NCBI RefSeq assembly: GCF_963921235.1
Contig: NC_086108.1
Span: 57,166,001-57,230,000 of the forward strand
Direction of reading: 5' to 3'
Length of the DNA: 64,000 nt
Source: Mobula hypostoma
Lineage: Eukaryota
Of this stretch, positions 10,760 to 24,305 are shown piece by piece. Under the pieces are notes generated by a model. That model had not been told where the DNA came from. It made no database searches and was given only the letters and a program-made list of their open reading frames with translations. The translations under genes and the position numbers were made by a program. The stretch's first letter is position 1. Each line of letters begins with the position of its first letter.

Positions 10760-11059
10760 AACATCATGGGATTTCCATTGACCAGAAACTCAACTAGATC
10801 AGTCACAGAAGTGCCTTGGATACAAGAAAATGATAGAGCAATCTAATTCCCAATACCCCAACAGCTTTCCCCAGGGTACAGGTCAGGAGTGTGATGGGTT
10901 ACTCTCCACTTGCCTGATGAGTGCAGCTCCAATAGCACTCAAGAAGTTCAGCATCATCCATAAACAAGCAGCCCACTTGACTCTATGTGAACTTATTGAT
11001 ATATGCCAGTATATATGCTTTTCAATATGTACATTATCCTCTTAGAGCACATGGCTCTG

Positions 11060-11440
11060 ACATGGTAACCAAGGAATTTAAGGTTCCTGACCCTCTCCAC
11101 CTCTGATCTCCTAATGAGGACTGGCTTATGGACCTCTGGTTTCTTCCTCTTGTAGTCAATAATCAGATCTTTGGTTTTGCTGATGCTGAGTGAGAGGTCA
11201 TTGTGGTATAATTCAATTATATTTTCAATTTCCCTCGTCACTTCCTTTGATTCAGCCAACAACAGTGGTGTCATCAGCAAACTTAAATATGGCATTGGAG
11301 CTGTGATTAGCTTCATACGTATGAAGTGAGAGGAGCAGGGGTTAAGCACACAGTCTTGTGGAGCACCTTTGCTGGTGGTGGTTGCAGAGGAGATGTTGTT
11401 ATCAATCCGAACTGATGGAGAGCTGCACGTGAGGAACGCT
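11060..11440 (-). mobile_element. Rex1/Babar-like LINE fragment
   Basis: LSLSISKTKDLIIDYKR...VERVRNLKFLG in ORF 10993..11349. Confidence 0.75.
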
Positions 11441-13519
11441 GATGTTGTCCCGGGCCAAGCACATAGATAGAATCGTAGAAGTGCACCAACCTTTTTACTT
11501 TCTTAGGAGGTCAAGGAGATTCAGCTGTTAACAAAGTTTTAAGATTCACTGTTGAACGTATGCCAACTGATTGCAGCATGGTCTTGGTATGGCATCATTT
11601 TGCATGAAACTAGACTTCATTTTGTTTCTGTTTTAGTTGTAAAATTGTGTATAGTTTTTGCTTAATATGCTTGTGAATGCTGCTTGTATGATACTACAAG
11701 CAAGTTTTTCATTTCACCTGCACTTTCATGTACTTCTGCAGAGGACAATAAACATGACTTTGATTTATTTTTGTCTCTCACAGACGCCCAGCACAGAAAA
11801 CAAATAGAGAGATGACAACAGTGCAAGGTCGGGGTTGGGGTGGAGTGGCCATGTGGGGGGTTAAATGTACATGTGTCAATGACCAGCAGACACAGGGAAA
11901 GATATAATGAATGCGGTATACAGTACTGGCTGCAGGGGTTGTTGACAGTAAGCCCCCATCCCAGCAGTGAGGGGCAGTCAATAAGCCATTAGGATCTGTC
12001 TTCGGGAGTGGATCAGGCCAAACTTTGAGGCCATGCCAACACTAGAACCGGTGTGACTGAGTGGTAGCCCCTACCCTCCAGGCCATCTGTGTGGCCCTAC
12101 TCACTTGCTAGATCCCACTGAAGAAATTTGGCTAATGGCAAAGGAAGGAGAGCAGCTGGTTTCCCACAGAAGCCACAAGACAACACAGTCATTGGCGGCT
12201 ATAAAATGTGATTATCTAGTCTACTGACCTTTGCTAATTAACACTAATAATAAAAAGTCAATATAATTCCTTCCAGTAATGCTGTCTGTCTTGTCTGCAA
12301 TTCAGCCATAATTTCTTGAAGCTCTTCCTTCAGTCTAGGCGGTATTTTATCTCCAAGGAAGCAGGGCAATACAAGGGGCCCTGAAATGACTAAGCAGGCT
12401 CCTGCACGCAACGACAATTACTGACAAACAGTAAATGATACAAATAAAGAAATATTGGTATTGGTTTATCATTGTCATATATACTCAGATACAGTGAAAG
12501 GATTTTGTTTAGTATGGCAATAATAATAAAAAAATGAACTTACAATCTTTTACTTCTACAGAAGGACTTAGATATTAATATTTGCAAGCATAAATAGTAG
12601 AATATTATTTAATGATTTATAAATAATTTATACCTTGGTGACTTGGCAAAAGGAGTTATTGCATTGACTCAGTAGGTTATATGCGTCAATAGCAGGGTTG
12701 GAAGTACAAAAAATGCCTCAGAATTTGTAGTTTGCAATAAAATGATGGGGGAAATTGAGCTGGCAATCTCCGTGGTGTGAGCTTTCCGTTATCCAATGGG
12801 TGTTACTGTAAAATATTTGTTGAAAGGGATATCTGGGGTCCAGAAGCCTAGATATCTTCAAACTGACAAAACAGGCAATTCTCAGAGGGATCTTGAGGAA
12901 ATATTTTGGATTATTTTTTGAAACATCAGATTGTGCTAGGTATGGATTGGAGCACACAAGTATAATTAAAGTAGAAATATCATAATAAATTAATTTCCCC
13001 GAAATCCTTTAGTCCTTAAAATATTTATGCAAGGCAAATACAAATGCACACAATTGGATACTTAGGCGAGATAGTTTGCTTGGGAATAATAATAGCTTAG
13101 CATGCCATTAACAATTCACATGAACTAAATTTAACTAAGTATTTTAAGATTTTTCACAGTGGGACCAGTTCACAAAATACCAAATTTGCTTCAATTTAAA
13201 TGACTTCAGCTCCTTTGGACTGAAGCAGTCTGCAAACTGCTCAGACTGGAATAATGCACTGGATCAGTGCGAGCAGGATCTCAGTCTTAAGAGTCACATT
13301 TGACAAGCTAGGATAATGAAGTGACAGGGTGAATGGAGTGCTGGTAGCAAACTTTGGTAGTTTTGTCTTCATTTACTGGTTCCATATAATCTAGCTGGTT
13401 CCATGTTTCAATGATTATTGTGGTAGAGAAGTTTCTTGTTGCTGCATTAGTAACATTTTAAATTAATGACCTCCCTTCTCGGCAATTGGAGGGAACTTTC
13501 CAAACAAGACTTTAATTTT

Positions 13520-13618
13520 GCAACACACACACACAAAATGCTGGAGGAACTCAAGTAGGCCAGGCAGCGTCTATGGAAGAAAGTACAGTCGACGTTTTGG
13601 GCCGAGACCCTGCAGATT
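13520..13618 (-). mobile_element. Short Penelope pLTR fragment with partial hammerhead
   Basis: Minus strand GGGTCTCGGCCCAAAACGTCGACTG...GCTGCCTGGCC...TTTTGTGTGTGTGTGTTGC, homologous to 6333-6419. Confidence 0.8.
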
Positions 13619-14521
13619 GACTGTCGCTCATTAAATCTCCTACTCTTTAACTCTGATTTACTCATACCATATGTAACATTAGGCTGGGGATTTCTTTGTA
13701 GCTGTTCCGATTGCCAAAGAAACCATCTGGATAAGTTGCAGCAGCACTGATTATATCTCTTGACCTAGCATCCCCAAACTCTCGATTAACTATAACATCT
13801 ATATCCCTAACAATACATGGGTGAACATAGCAACTGAATTCTGTATTAAGAATCTGTCCACCCATTAATTTTAATATATGGATGCTTGGAACTCTCTTGT
13901 AGTAAATCCCTCCCTTCCTATCCCATACTTTATTTGTCATCACACCCCATGCTGTCAGCTGGGTTTTCCCGCATTTGACAATACCAAGGCTCCTTTTGTA
14001 AATATTTAGTGCCTTTGGCATAACAAAATATCTCAAGGTGTTTTGCAAGAGAAAACAAATTGAACTTTCAAGTCAACAGGCAAATTTGAAAGAGCAAGGA
14101 GGAGAGAGTGGTATTGAAGTGGGGAAATTGAAGATTACCATCATCCTCAGGCCACCATTGCCCAGAAATTAAAGTTACCGTAGATACAAAATTAGGTCTG
14201 AGACTAGATATCTTACAGCAAAATATTTCTTATCGTTCTTTTCTATAATATATTCTAACCGTTAATCCACTTTCCCTGTGACCAGGGAGATGAAGGAAAA
14301 CCAGATCTGGTTACGTGCAATCAAGTCTGTAGTTCACAATTCATTCAGTCACGCTCTGTCTTATGCTGGGTAACTATTAGAAGAGCCAGAGGAGAAATCA
14401 GTCTATGCATTAGTAGTTAGAACAGAAGATGAAGATGTCAATGCTGATCAAAAGAAAAGGGAACACACTTTTACACCAAGAGGCTAAGGATCTAATAAGA
14501 ATTCCTCTTCAAGAATATGTG

Positions 14522-14862
14522 GCAAAGTTGTTTCCCGTGATAGGGGAGTCTAGTACAAGAGGGCATGACTTAAGGATTAAAGGGCGCCCATTCAGAACAG
14601 AAATGCGAAGAAATTTTTTTAGTCAGAGGGTGGTGAATCTATGGAATTTGTTGCCACGGGCAGCAGTGGAGGCCAAGTCATTGGGTGTATTTAAGGCAGA
14701 GATTGATAGGTATCTGAGTAGCCAGGGCATCAAAGGTTATGGTGAGAAGGTGGGGGAGTGGGACTAAATGGGAGAATGGATCAGCTCATGATAAAATGGC
14801 GAAGCAGACTCGATGGGCCAAATGGCCGACTTCTGCTCCTTTGTCTTATGGTCTTATGGTCT
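14522..14862 (+). mobile_element. CR1 3' fragment with 8-bp TSD
   Basis: TRGHDLRIKGRPFRTEMRRNFFSQRVV; (TCTTATGG)n tail; AATATGTG at 14514-14521 and 14863-14870. Confidence 0.92.
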
Positions 14863-14914
14863 AATATGTGCAGGGTGCAATGAGCTATCTTATTTATTTA
14901 TTTTTATTTTATTT

Positions 14915-15135
14915 TGAGATACAGAACAGTAACAGGCCCTTCTAACCTAGTGAGCCTGAGCTGCCCAATAACACCTGCATGACCAATTAACCTACAAACC
15001 ACTTATGACTTTGGAATGTGGGAGGAAACTGGAGCACCCGAAGGAAACAGGGAGAACGTACAAACTCCTTATGGCAGAGTGAACAGGCTGGTGCCGTAAT
15101 AGCATTACACTAACTGCTACACTACCATGCTGACC
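14915..15135 (-). mobile_element. V-SINE / HE1-like SINE
   Basis: Plus strand TTTGGAATGTGGGAGGAAACTGGAGCACCCG...GAACGTACAAACTCC is the reverse complement of the V-domain. Confidence 0.75.
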
Positions 15136-16494
15136 ACAAATGTCCTGAAACATCTTCTCCAGGGACTTGCTGCCTGACTTGTTGAGTTTTTTCAGTGTTT
15201 TATGTGTGTTGCTCCACATTACCTATGTGGACCCTGTAAAAACTTAAGCTAGATGGCAATAGGGGAGAGTGTCACTTATTTCCCAGGGTTTGTCACAGTC
15301 TAGGAAATCATTGCGAGCTTCTGACCTGATTGGTACAACAACAGGCAGTGAAATTATCCATTGAGCCAGTGCAGACCTGGGTTATTCAAATTTGAAACAA
15401 AATCCCCTGAAGATTTTTAGAACACCCTTCAAAAGCACAATTATTGATGCAACACACACTGTAGCCTGTCATGATAGTTGAAGATCATTATCAGTATTCA
15501 GCACAGTGTTCCACTGACGATTTTCAGTCCTTTTTAAACCACCCACGCCATTACCAATGACGTATTCCATAGATTTTAAAATTTGTTGCCCATCCCCAAG
15601 CATTGTGGAGCTCACACTAGGGGGAGGATTTACTGCTTGCTGTCTGGGTGAATTTGAATGGAGATGCTAAAGGCTGGCATTCCATATTGACACATGGTGC
15701 ACCAGTCAGCCATTCATCATTTGAAAAGATATGTGCTGTAGCTGAGTGGTACAGTAGAAAAACAAAGGCAAATGGGTATGTGCCCAGAATGTTAAAAGGA
15801 GATCGTGATTCCCTTCGAAATATAACCAGAATCTGTGCAAAAGGCTGTTATTTTTCATAGACTTCCTGTATTGCAGTCCCAGGGATGCAGGGCTGGACTG
15901 TTCCTGTCATGCTGTTCGATCAGTCTGGTGATGCCTTCTCTGACTGCTGCTGTGCGTGATGTTAGGGTGCCATTTTGATGTCCCATGTCCTACTTCTTGG
16001 TGATTGCTGCCACGGTGATACTTGGCATAACCACACACACAGAAATCAACTCATGCTAGTTGCTAGGCAACATTCAAAGCTGACAGTGGAATTAAAGGGT
16101 GCAAGCTGTGAGAAGATACATAAAATGCTCGTTTCTCATTTATTTCCAGAGTTTCTTCTTTTTTAGATGCAAATAACTGTTTACTTCTGTGTTTCCTGCA
16201 GTGAGCGCCATGGTTTGTCTCAATCTCAATGTTAAAAAAATAACAAAATGGTTTTCTAATTGGAAGTATTACCATTATTTTATGTTCCTTTTTGAGTCAA
16301 AGCGAATTAGAGAGAAGGCTAGAATAACCAGAGATGCGGCGCATGCACCTTCGTTCCAGTAAAGACAAATCCAATTCTTCATCCCTCCAGCTGGCTTTCC
16401 AGCATTGATTGCTGAGGTTGATATTCCTCATTAATTAATGCATCCTGCTTCATTAATGCCATTAATGCATCCTGCTTCATTCTGCAACCAAACT

Positions 16495-17098
16495 GATATA
16501 CACCTACATCAATGGGATCACATTACCTGAAGCTGTGTGGTGAAAAAAGCATTGACTCTTTCGGCTCAGACAGTTGAAGAAGTTTGGGAAGAGCCCCCGA
16601 ATCCTAAGAACTTTCTACAAGGGCACAATTGAGAGCACCCTGACTGGCTGTATCACTGCCTGGTATGGGAACTGTACCTCCCTTAATCACAGGGCTTTGC
16701 ATAGAGTGGTGTGGACAGCCCAGCACATCTGTAGTTGTGAACTTCCCATGATTCACGACATTTACAAAGACAGGTGTGAAAAAAGGGTCTGAAGGTTCAT
16801 TGGGGACCTGAGTCACCCCAACCACGGTCTATTCCAGCTGCTACCATCCAGGAAACGGTACCACAGCATTAAAGCCAGGAGCAACAGGCTCCGGGACAGC
16901 TTCTTCCACCAGGCCATTAGACTGATTAATTCATGCTGATACAGTTGTAGTTCTGTGTTATATTGACTGCCCTGTTGTACATACCATTTATTACAAATAC
17001 TATAAATTGCACATTGCACAATTAGACGGAGACGTAACGTAAAATTTTTACTCCTCGTGTATGAAGGATGTAAGTAATAAAGTCAATTCAATTCAATT
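16495..17098 (+). mobile_element. Rex1/Babar LINE 3' fragment
   Basis: LRTFYKGTIESTLTGCITAWYGNC; AATAAA then (TTCAA)n tail. Confidence 0.85.
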
Positions 17099-17329
17099 AA
17101 GTTTTAGTGGCACAAACAACAATGGTAACATTAAGACTATTAAAATCTAAAATCTGCTTTTTTCCTGCATGCATTGGAGTAAGGTCTGAATTTACTGTCA
17201 AAGTAAAGCTCCATTTGTCAGGATGGTCTGGAAAGTGATGCAGTGGTCTTTACTGTGGTTCGTCTGATACAGATGTGTGAAAAAGGACCCTGATTTACAC
17301 ACAAGCTGTTCTCTAGGATGCAAGCGGTC

Positions 17330-17600
17330 AAGAATCAGAACCAGAATCAAGTTCATTATTACCGACATACGTTGTGAATTTTGCTATTTTTGTTCCATAA
17401 GTATAGTGAAAGACATAGAAAATTACTATAATTTACAATAAAACATAAAATAAATAAATAGTGCAAAGAAAAATAGTGAGGTAGTGTTCCTGGATTGTTC
17501 AGAAATCTGATGGTAGAGGGGAAGAAGCTGTTCCTAGAATGACAAATGTGGGTCTTTAGGCTCCTGTGCCTCATCCCTGATGATAGGACTGAAAAGAGGA
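17330..17600 (-). mobile_element. Rex1/Babar LINE 3' end
   Basis: RNSFFPSTIRFLN on minus strand; (TTCTGA)-like tail. Confidence 0.7.
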
Positions 17601-17889
17601 CCAGCAAATTTATACATGGCATCTGAGCTGCAACTAGCCACACAGTGATTTGCTCTTGGAAGGATTAGCAGCTCTCTGCAAGATGCTCCCTAGGATGCCG
17701 GTAACATGGAGATCTTCTAGTGTCCACAACTTAGTGTTGGAGAGTGATCCCTCTGAGGTCCACTATCACGTGCTGAGATACACACTGAACCCTGTTTCAG
17801 CTGCAGCAGAGACTCAGTGGGGAAAAGCCACAGATGAAGGCCATCCCACCATTAAATGCTGTGGGGGGTGGTTTTCGAAAATCCTTGGA

Positions 17890-18205
17890 TAACCTTTATA
17901 TCCATTACAAGTCCGCCACATTCCGTATCTATCTTGACTACTCTTTGTCACACCATGCCTCCTGTAAGGAGTCTTTTCTATTCTTCCACATCCTCCATCT
18001 CATTGGCTCAGGTTATGAGACTTTACACATAAGTGTCCCTAAAATGTTTTCCTTCTTCTTGAATCGTGGCTTCTCTTCTTTTGTTCTTCTGAAGGTCCTT
18101 GAGCACATCTCATCCATTTCCCCCTCACTCTGTGATGATGATGGAGTTTCCCTGGTCCTTGCCAGCCTTCACATTCACAAGTTGCTGATCCTCTGCAATT
18201 TTCAC
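17890..18205 (+). mobile_element. Old Penelope-like RT C-terminal fragment
   Basis: IHYKSATFRIYLDYSLSHHASCKES aligns with VYYKPTDSHSYLDYSSSHPVSCKNA of the 4.6 kb copy. Confidence 0.75.
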
Positions 18206-18687
18206 CTCAGACTTGACATTTACAAAGCGATTTCAGCACCAGACACATTTGTCCCCTCTAAGAGAGTGCAGGCATTAGGAAAGTTAAAAATTTGAAAGCA
18301 CTGATGTAGACTCAGCAACAATAAAGGAACAGCTACCATTATAATTGCAATTGATGAAGCTGTGACTCAGGCAGAGGAAGTGATGTCAACTGGCTGGAAC
18401 GGGCTAACTGTTTTTAAAAGGGAGCTGGAGAAACTACATTATAGTTTGTACAGGCCTGCTCTCAGAGCAATGCTCTTCACTGAGTAGGGTATATGGGAAC
18501 TTCATGATACTAGCATTTGGGTTGACAGTTTGATGGTATGACAGCCTCTTAGGAAATGGATTGTGAGATCTTTGTTACTTTTATAGTTCAGATAGAGTAT
18601 AAAAGCAGACCCAAACGATAAAAAAAGGCTCAGCAGTCAGTTAGAGCATGATTGGAAATTAGAATTTGTAGGCATTTTTGCTATTAA

Positions 18688-19541
18688 GAACCTGGTGGTA
18701 TGGTGCAAAGACAATAACCTATCCCTCAACGTCAGCAAGATGAAGGAATTGTTTGTTAACTTCAGAAGGAGTAGCGGACCACACGACCCAATTTACATCG
18801 GTGGTGTGCAAGTGGAACAGGTCAAAGGCTTCAAGTTCCTCGGGGTCAATATCACAAATGATGTGACTGGGTCCAGCCAAGCAGAGTCCACTGCCAAGAA
18901 GGCCCACCAGCGCCTTTACTTCCTGAGAAAACTAAAGGAATTTGGCCTGTCCCCTAAAACCCTCACTAATTTTTATAGATGCACCATAGAAAGTATTCTT
19001 CTAGGGTGCATCACAACCTGGTATGGAAGTTATCCTGTCCAAGACTGGAAGAAGCTGCAAAAGATCGTAAACACAGCGTAGCACATCACACAAACCAATC
19101 TTCTGTCCTTGGACTCACTTTACACTGCATGCTGTCAGAGCAGTGCTGCCAGGATAATCAAGGACACGACCCACCCAGCCAACACACTTTTCGTCCCTCT
19201 TCCCTCCGGGAGAAGACTCAGGAGCTTGAAGACTCGTACAGCCAGATTTGGGAACAGCTCCTTTCCAACTGTGATAAGACTGCTGGACGGATCCTGACCT
19301 GGATCTGGGCCGTACCCTCCGAATATCCGGACCTGCCTCTTGTTTTTTTTTGCACTACCTTACTTTCCATTTTTCTATTTTCTATTTATGATTTATAATT
19401 TAAATTTTTAATATTTACTATTTTTAACTATTTTTAATATTTAATATTTGTAATCCAGGGAGCGGGAAGCGCAGAATCAAATAGGCTGTGATGATTGTTT
19501 GTTCTAGTATCAATTGTTTGGCGACAATAAAGTATAAAGTA
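18688..19541 (+). mobile_element. Rex1/Babar LINE, 5'-truncated
   Basis: WCKDNNLSLNVSKMKEL, FKFLGVNIT, QRLYFLRKLK; tail AATAAAGTATAAAGTAT. Confidence 0.9.
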
Positions 19542-19744
19542 TTTTATCACTTTGGATAACTTTATAGAGTAAATGTTTGATACAGGTCATATATTCCTGT
19601 AAAAACTTGGATTGGAATAAGGTCCTAGTGTGATTGCAGCAATCTGTTAATCCCGCATATTGGTAGTGCAGGATGAACAGATTTTCCAGACTGTCATACA
19701 AGCTATTTCATTAATACATTTCACTTTTTCATTGGATGTTGAAG

Positions 19745-21108
19745 TTATATAAGACATTTGTGAGACCAAATTTGGAGTATTGCGTGTAGTTCTGATAACC
19801 AGCCTACAGGAAAGATATTAATAAGAGCACTGAAAAAATTTACAAGGATGTTGCTGGGACCTGAGGATCTGAGTTCTAGGGAGAGGTTGGACAGGTAGGA
19901 CTTCATTCCCTGAAGTGTAGTAGACGGAGGGGATGTTTGACAGAGGTCTACAAAATTATCAGGGGTAGAGATAGGGTAAATAAAAGCAGGCTTCTTTACT
20001 GAAGTTGGTGAAACTATAACTAGAGGTGAAAGGTTTACGGTGAAAGGTATAATATTCAAGGAGAAACTGAGGGGGAATTTCTTTACTCAGAGGAAGATGC
20101 AAGTGCGGAATGAACTGCCAGAGTACCAGTGGAGGATGCAGGTTTGATATCAACATTTAAGAGAAATTTGGATAGGTACATCGATGGGGTGTGGGGGCTA
20201 ATAAAGGGCTTTGGATTGAGGTTGTGTAGACCACCAACAAGATGGTAGAGGTGAATATGATTGGTAGATAGAAGTGGCAGCAGTTTACCAATTGGTATTT
20301 CAGATGGTGTGTTGCCTCCCAGGTGCCAAAGTCAGGGATGTCTTAGATCAGGTCCATGGTATTTTAAAGGGGAAGAGGGACCAGTCAGAAGTCATGGTAC
20401 TAACAACATAGGTAGGAAAAGGGTAGGGGTCCTGAAGGGAGAATATAGGGAGTTAGGTAGAAAGCTGAAAAGCAGGACTTCCAGAGTAGTAATCTCTGGA
20501 TTGCTGCCTGTGCCATGCACCCATGAGGGGAAGAATGGGATGATTTGGTGGATAATTGTGTGGCTGAGGAATGGTGCAGGGGGCATTGTTTCAGATTTCT
20601 GGATCATCAAGATCTCTTCTGGGGAAGGTATGACCTGTACAAAAAGGACAGGTTACACCTGAACCCAAGGAAAACCAATATCCTTGTGAACAGGTTTGTA
20701 GAGCTGTTGGGGATGGGAACTTGAGTGATAGGGTTCAGGGTGGAGCATTTGGTATACAACTGGATGCAATGTGGAGTGAAACTGTGGAGAGGGATCGGTA
20801 GACAATAGGGCAAAATTGCTGTCAATGTGATGGATTGAAGTGAAACATGGGAACAAAACTGAGAAGAGTAATGAATTCAGGACTGAAGGTGCTATATTTG
20901 AATGCATGTAGCATACAGGATAAGGTAGATGATCTTGTAGTGCGGTGAGAGATAGGCAGGTATGATGTTGTTGGCATCGCTGAGTTGTGGCTGAAAGAAG
21001 ATCATAGTTAGGAGCTAAACATCCAAGGATACACATTGTATTGAAAGGACAGGCAGGTAGGCAGAGGAGGTGGGCTAGCTTTGTTGGTAGAAAATGAAAT
21101 CACATCTC
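19745..21108 (+). mobile_element. Degraded CR1 pieces: ORF2 3' end (19745-20200), then ORF1 esterase and start of APE domain (20265-21108)
   Basis: GTNNIG...SRVVISGLLPVP (SGNH-type ORF1); YLNACSIQDKVDDL at the endonuclease start. Confidence 0.75.
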
Positions 21109-21109
21109 T

Positions 21110-23095
21110 AACTCCGTATAGCATGCTTCTGAACTCAAATACAGTCTATAAAGTTCAGGTGCTCTAAATACCTGAATCACGGCACCAAAACATGGCTGCC
21201 AATTGGTGGAGTGGGCCAGAACCTTTAAAGGGGCCGTGCCAGCTCTCCATACTCTGGAGAAATGGAGTGTCTAAACCCCAGAGGCTGACACAGTCGGGTG
21301 CGTACCGTGACAGGATCCCCTTTCCGAGGGCCGACTCCTGACAGCCCAGGACATTGATGGTAATCATGGATCAGCATGTCCCTTTCTGGAACCCAGCATT
21401 GTTCCTCGGGTCCAGACCCTGCCCAGTCTATGAGGAACTGCCAAACAACCTGAACAGTTCATGAATCCAGAAGTTTCTGTACAGTGAAGACCTGTTCCAA
21501 ATCCTTGTAGGTGGAGGGAATTTCAAACAGATGTTGCAACTACTCCCGAATATCCCTGCGAGGATAACTCCTGAGGCTCCATAGGTACTGGGCTATTCTC
21601 CTCCCCAGGTTCATTAGAGTCCTTTGTTGAAACAGAGTCCAAAATGGAGTCCTTATCCAACTCCAGAGACTTGACCAAATCAGAGTCAAAATCTTCATCT
21701 GTATCCTTAGATGATGGCAATGAGGCGCAATGAATAGTCTTTGTCCTCCTGGGACTAAGCTCTGAGGATCTACATTTAGGAGCCTTTCCCTTAGATGGGA
21801 CCTGATGACTGGTACCCTCAGGCCTGGGTGCTAGGTCTGCAGAGCTCTTGGGCACTTACTTGGCAGGCTTATTGGTTTGTTCCTGAATTTGAGACCCTTT
21901 CTCTTCAGTTTCTGCGCACCTCCGAATAGACAGGGTCAGGGCTTGCACAGTTCAGTTGACTGGAGCCAGCTTGTCCAGCCCCGGAGACATGATTGGGTCT
22001 CCTGAAGCCTTCGGGTTACCCCGAGCAGAAGTGTGCCTCCTTGTCGGCCACTTTCACTCTGCCAGGCGTTTATCGAGATGGATGGACTGATCAATCAGAG
22101 CTTTTAAGTCCTCTACCGACTATCCCAAAACAAGGTCATTCTTTAGTTCACCTCGGAGTCCATAGTAGTATGGAGTGGCCAAGGCCTCCTCAGTCTAGCC
22201 ATACTCCTCGGCCAAAATCCAAAATAACTGCATAGTCAGCAGCAGACCAACTACCTTGATACACCTTCATCAGACGCTCCGGGTATCTGTTTGCTCCAGC
22301 GAGAAGATGGAACACTCTCTTCATGAATTCTTCTGAATCAGGGCAAATCCCTGACTTCTGCTCCCAGTCAGTAGTGGCTCAGACCAGAGTTCTCCCGGTT
22401 GGGAGGGAAATCATGAAGGCCTCTTTCCACGCTGCGTAGGAAACTAGGATGGCTGGAGTTCAAAAATCAACAAGCGCTGAGTGAGGAAGCTGCAGAAAGA
22501 ACCTGGGTCACCGCCGAATCTGTCCGGGGTCAGAGGATGGACTGACGCTGCAGTGCGACCAATGGCCTCACCTGAGCGACTCAGGCTTTCTCCTGTCGAC
22601 ATTTGATGGAAGACCAACTGGAGGTCATTTATCTCCAGGCCTGGTCTTGAGATCTTCTCGCTATGGCTAGCCACAGCTGACGAGGGACTCTGATACCCTG
22701 CTGGGTCCGTGCTGGCTCAATCGTGCTGTGATGAGAGGCCAAGGCGAGCATGGTAAGGACCCCAGTGCTGGAGAATCCGAGACTAGAATCGAGACCTAGA
22801 TGGGAACAGGGTTCTTAACTAGATGCTAAATGAGAACCTGACCAGACTAGATGAGAATCCAAATGAGACAGAAATCCCAAGTGCAATCGAAGACCAAACC
22901 AAAGTTGGGCTGATGACTGAGTACCGAAACTGAGTTCAGGTGCTCTTTAAATATCCAGACCTTGGCACCACAGCATGGCTGGCAATTAGTGGAGCGGGCC
23001 TGAATCTTTAAAAGGACCGCGCTAGCTACCCAAACACTGGAGAATCGGTTCATCTAAACCTTGGAGGCAGGCGTGGTCAGGTGTGTACTGTAACA
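21110..23095 (-). mobile_element. Sushi-like Ty3/Gypsy LTR element, gag-only: 5' LTR 23095-22727, internal 22726-21313, partial 3' LTR 21312-~21110
   Basis: Diverged direct repeats starting TGTTACAGTACACACC and TGTCACGGTACGCACC; PPT-like GGAAAGGGGATCC before the 3' LTR; disrupted gag with PDRFGGDPGSFCSFLTQRLLIFELQPS. Confidence 0.82.
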
Positions 23096-23844
23096 CTCTG
23101 GACAAACCTTTCCACCATGTCGCTTGTAGTTGGGTGGTATGGTGCAGATGTAATATGTCTTATTCCATTCATTTTCAGGAATGACTGAAACCGTTCCACC
23201 ACAAACTGTGGTCCGTCATCACTGATTGAGTGTTCCAGAACACCAGTTCTTGAGAAGAAGCTTTGCAACACATCAGCAGTGTGTGAGGCTGTAGCGGAGG
23301 CTTAAGGCCACTTTACACCCCAAACCAGACTCAAGGCCTCTATGTCAATTTGGGTGTAATTTTTCTCTGCAGCGGTAAGAGAACGTGATGCAAAGGCTGT
23401 GGGGTATTTATTTCTATCACTCGTAACATGACAAGATGTCCATTTTTTTTAACTTGACCGTATCTCTCCCCTTCTGGAGAAACAGGTGCTGCACATTTTT
23501 TAAAAATCGAACATCTTTCTCCTTTCTGAAGATGAAAATGTGCAGTACTTCAATGGTAGGTAGTCCTCCTGGGTTCATTTTAACATTTCCTCGTCACCAC
23601 TTTTATGTTTTATTACTCCAGAAGCTAATCAAATGAAAAACACAGGAGCCAGGATGATACGTACTTACTTGTTTTCTTTAGTGAGGCACTCACACATGAC
23701 ATGGCAGTATAATGATGTCCATTTTCCACTCACGTATTTCTTACATATAACCCACAATGAATTATGTAAACAACAAAGAATGCTTAACCATCAATAATTT
23801 TTACAATATTGCTCAAATATTACCGAAATCTTAAATACTCTACA
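23096..23844 (-). mobile_element. Second Ty3/Gypsy relic: LTR (23844-23606), PBS, RNase H and integrase fragments
   Basis: TG...CA LTR, PBS TGGTGACGAGG (23599-23589), AFASRSLTAAEKNYTQID (RNase H), SDDGPQF...HITSAPYHP...VERFVQS (integrase). Confidence 0.85.
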
Positions 23845-24305
23845 TTGTTCACACTACCCGCTGTGTCCTCTTTGGTCAATACTAATGCAATGTATTCATT
23901 TATTACATTATCTGTAATAGTGTACTATTTACATTAATCACCTGGAGAAAGGAACATTATGTCAGGTTTCCATATTTGCAGATGAGATATAAATATGTGG
24001 AATGGCAGGTTGTGTTAAGGATAATGAAATTCTGCAACAGTATCTGGATGGACTGAGTGAGTGGACAGAAGATTGGCAAATGGAGTTAGAGTAAGGAGAA
24101 CTGAATATAATCTAGTTTAGGTTCAACCGAGGTTCCTGCCGCTGGTCATTACTCTCCGGCTCAGGGCTGATGCTAACCTAAGGTAGAACTCTTGGACAAG
24201 TTAGCAAACTGGATCCAAGTATTGGAGGGAAAGGGTCAAGCTACAGTCTTGCTTTTGTGATTACATGCGACTAGAGGTGTACCACAGAGATTCCTTCAGT
24301 GGCCC

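Larger units (their letters stand above)
9610..10985 (+). mobile_element. Old LINE fragment interrupted by the satellite-CR1 insertion
   Basis: Joining 9669 to 10765 restores a degraded LINE RT-region peptide (LTFNGVT...NI|MGxxIDQKLN); later segment matches a QVRSVMGYSPLA motif. Confidence 0.65.

Noticed and set aside
12730..12945. Exon-like stretch ending CTAG|GTATGG
   Set aside because: Stops in all three plus frames and no recognisable peptide
14286..14487. Protein-like stretch after an acceptor-like CCAG (LLEEPEEKSVYALVVRTEDED)
   Set aside because: In-frame stop upstream, no donor, no homology I can recognise
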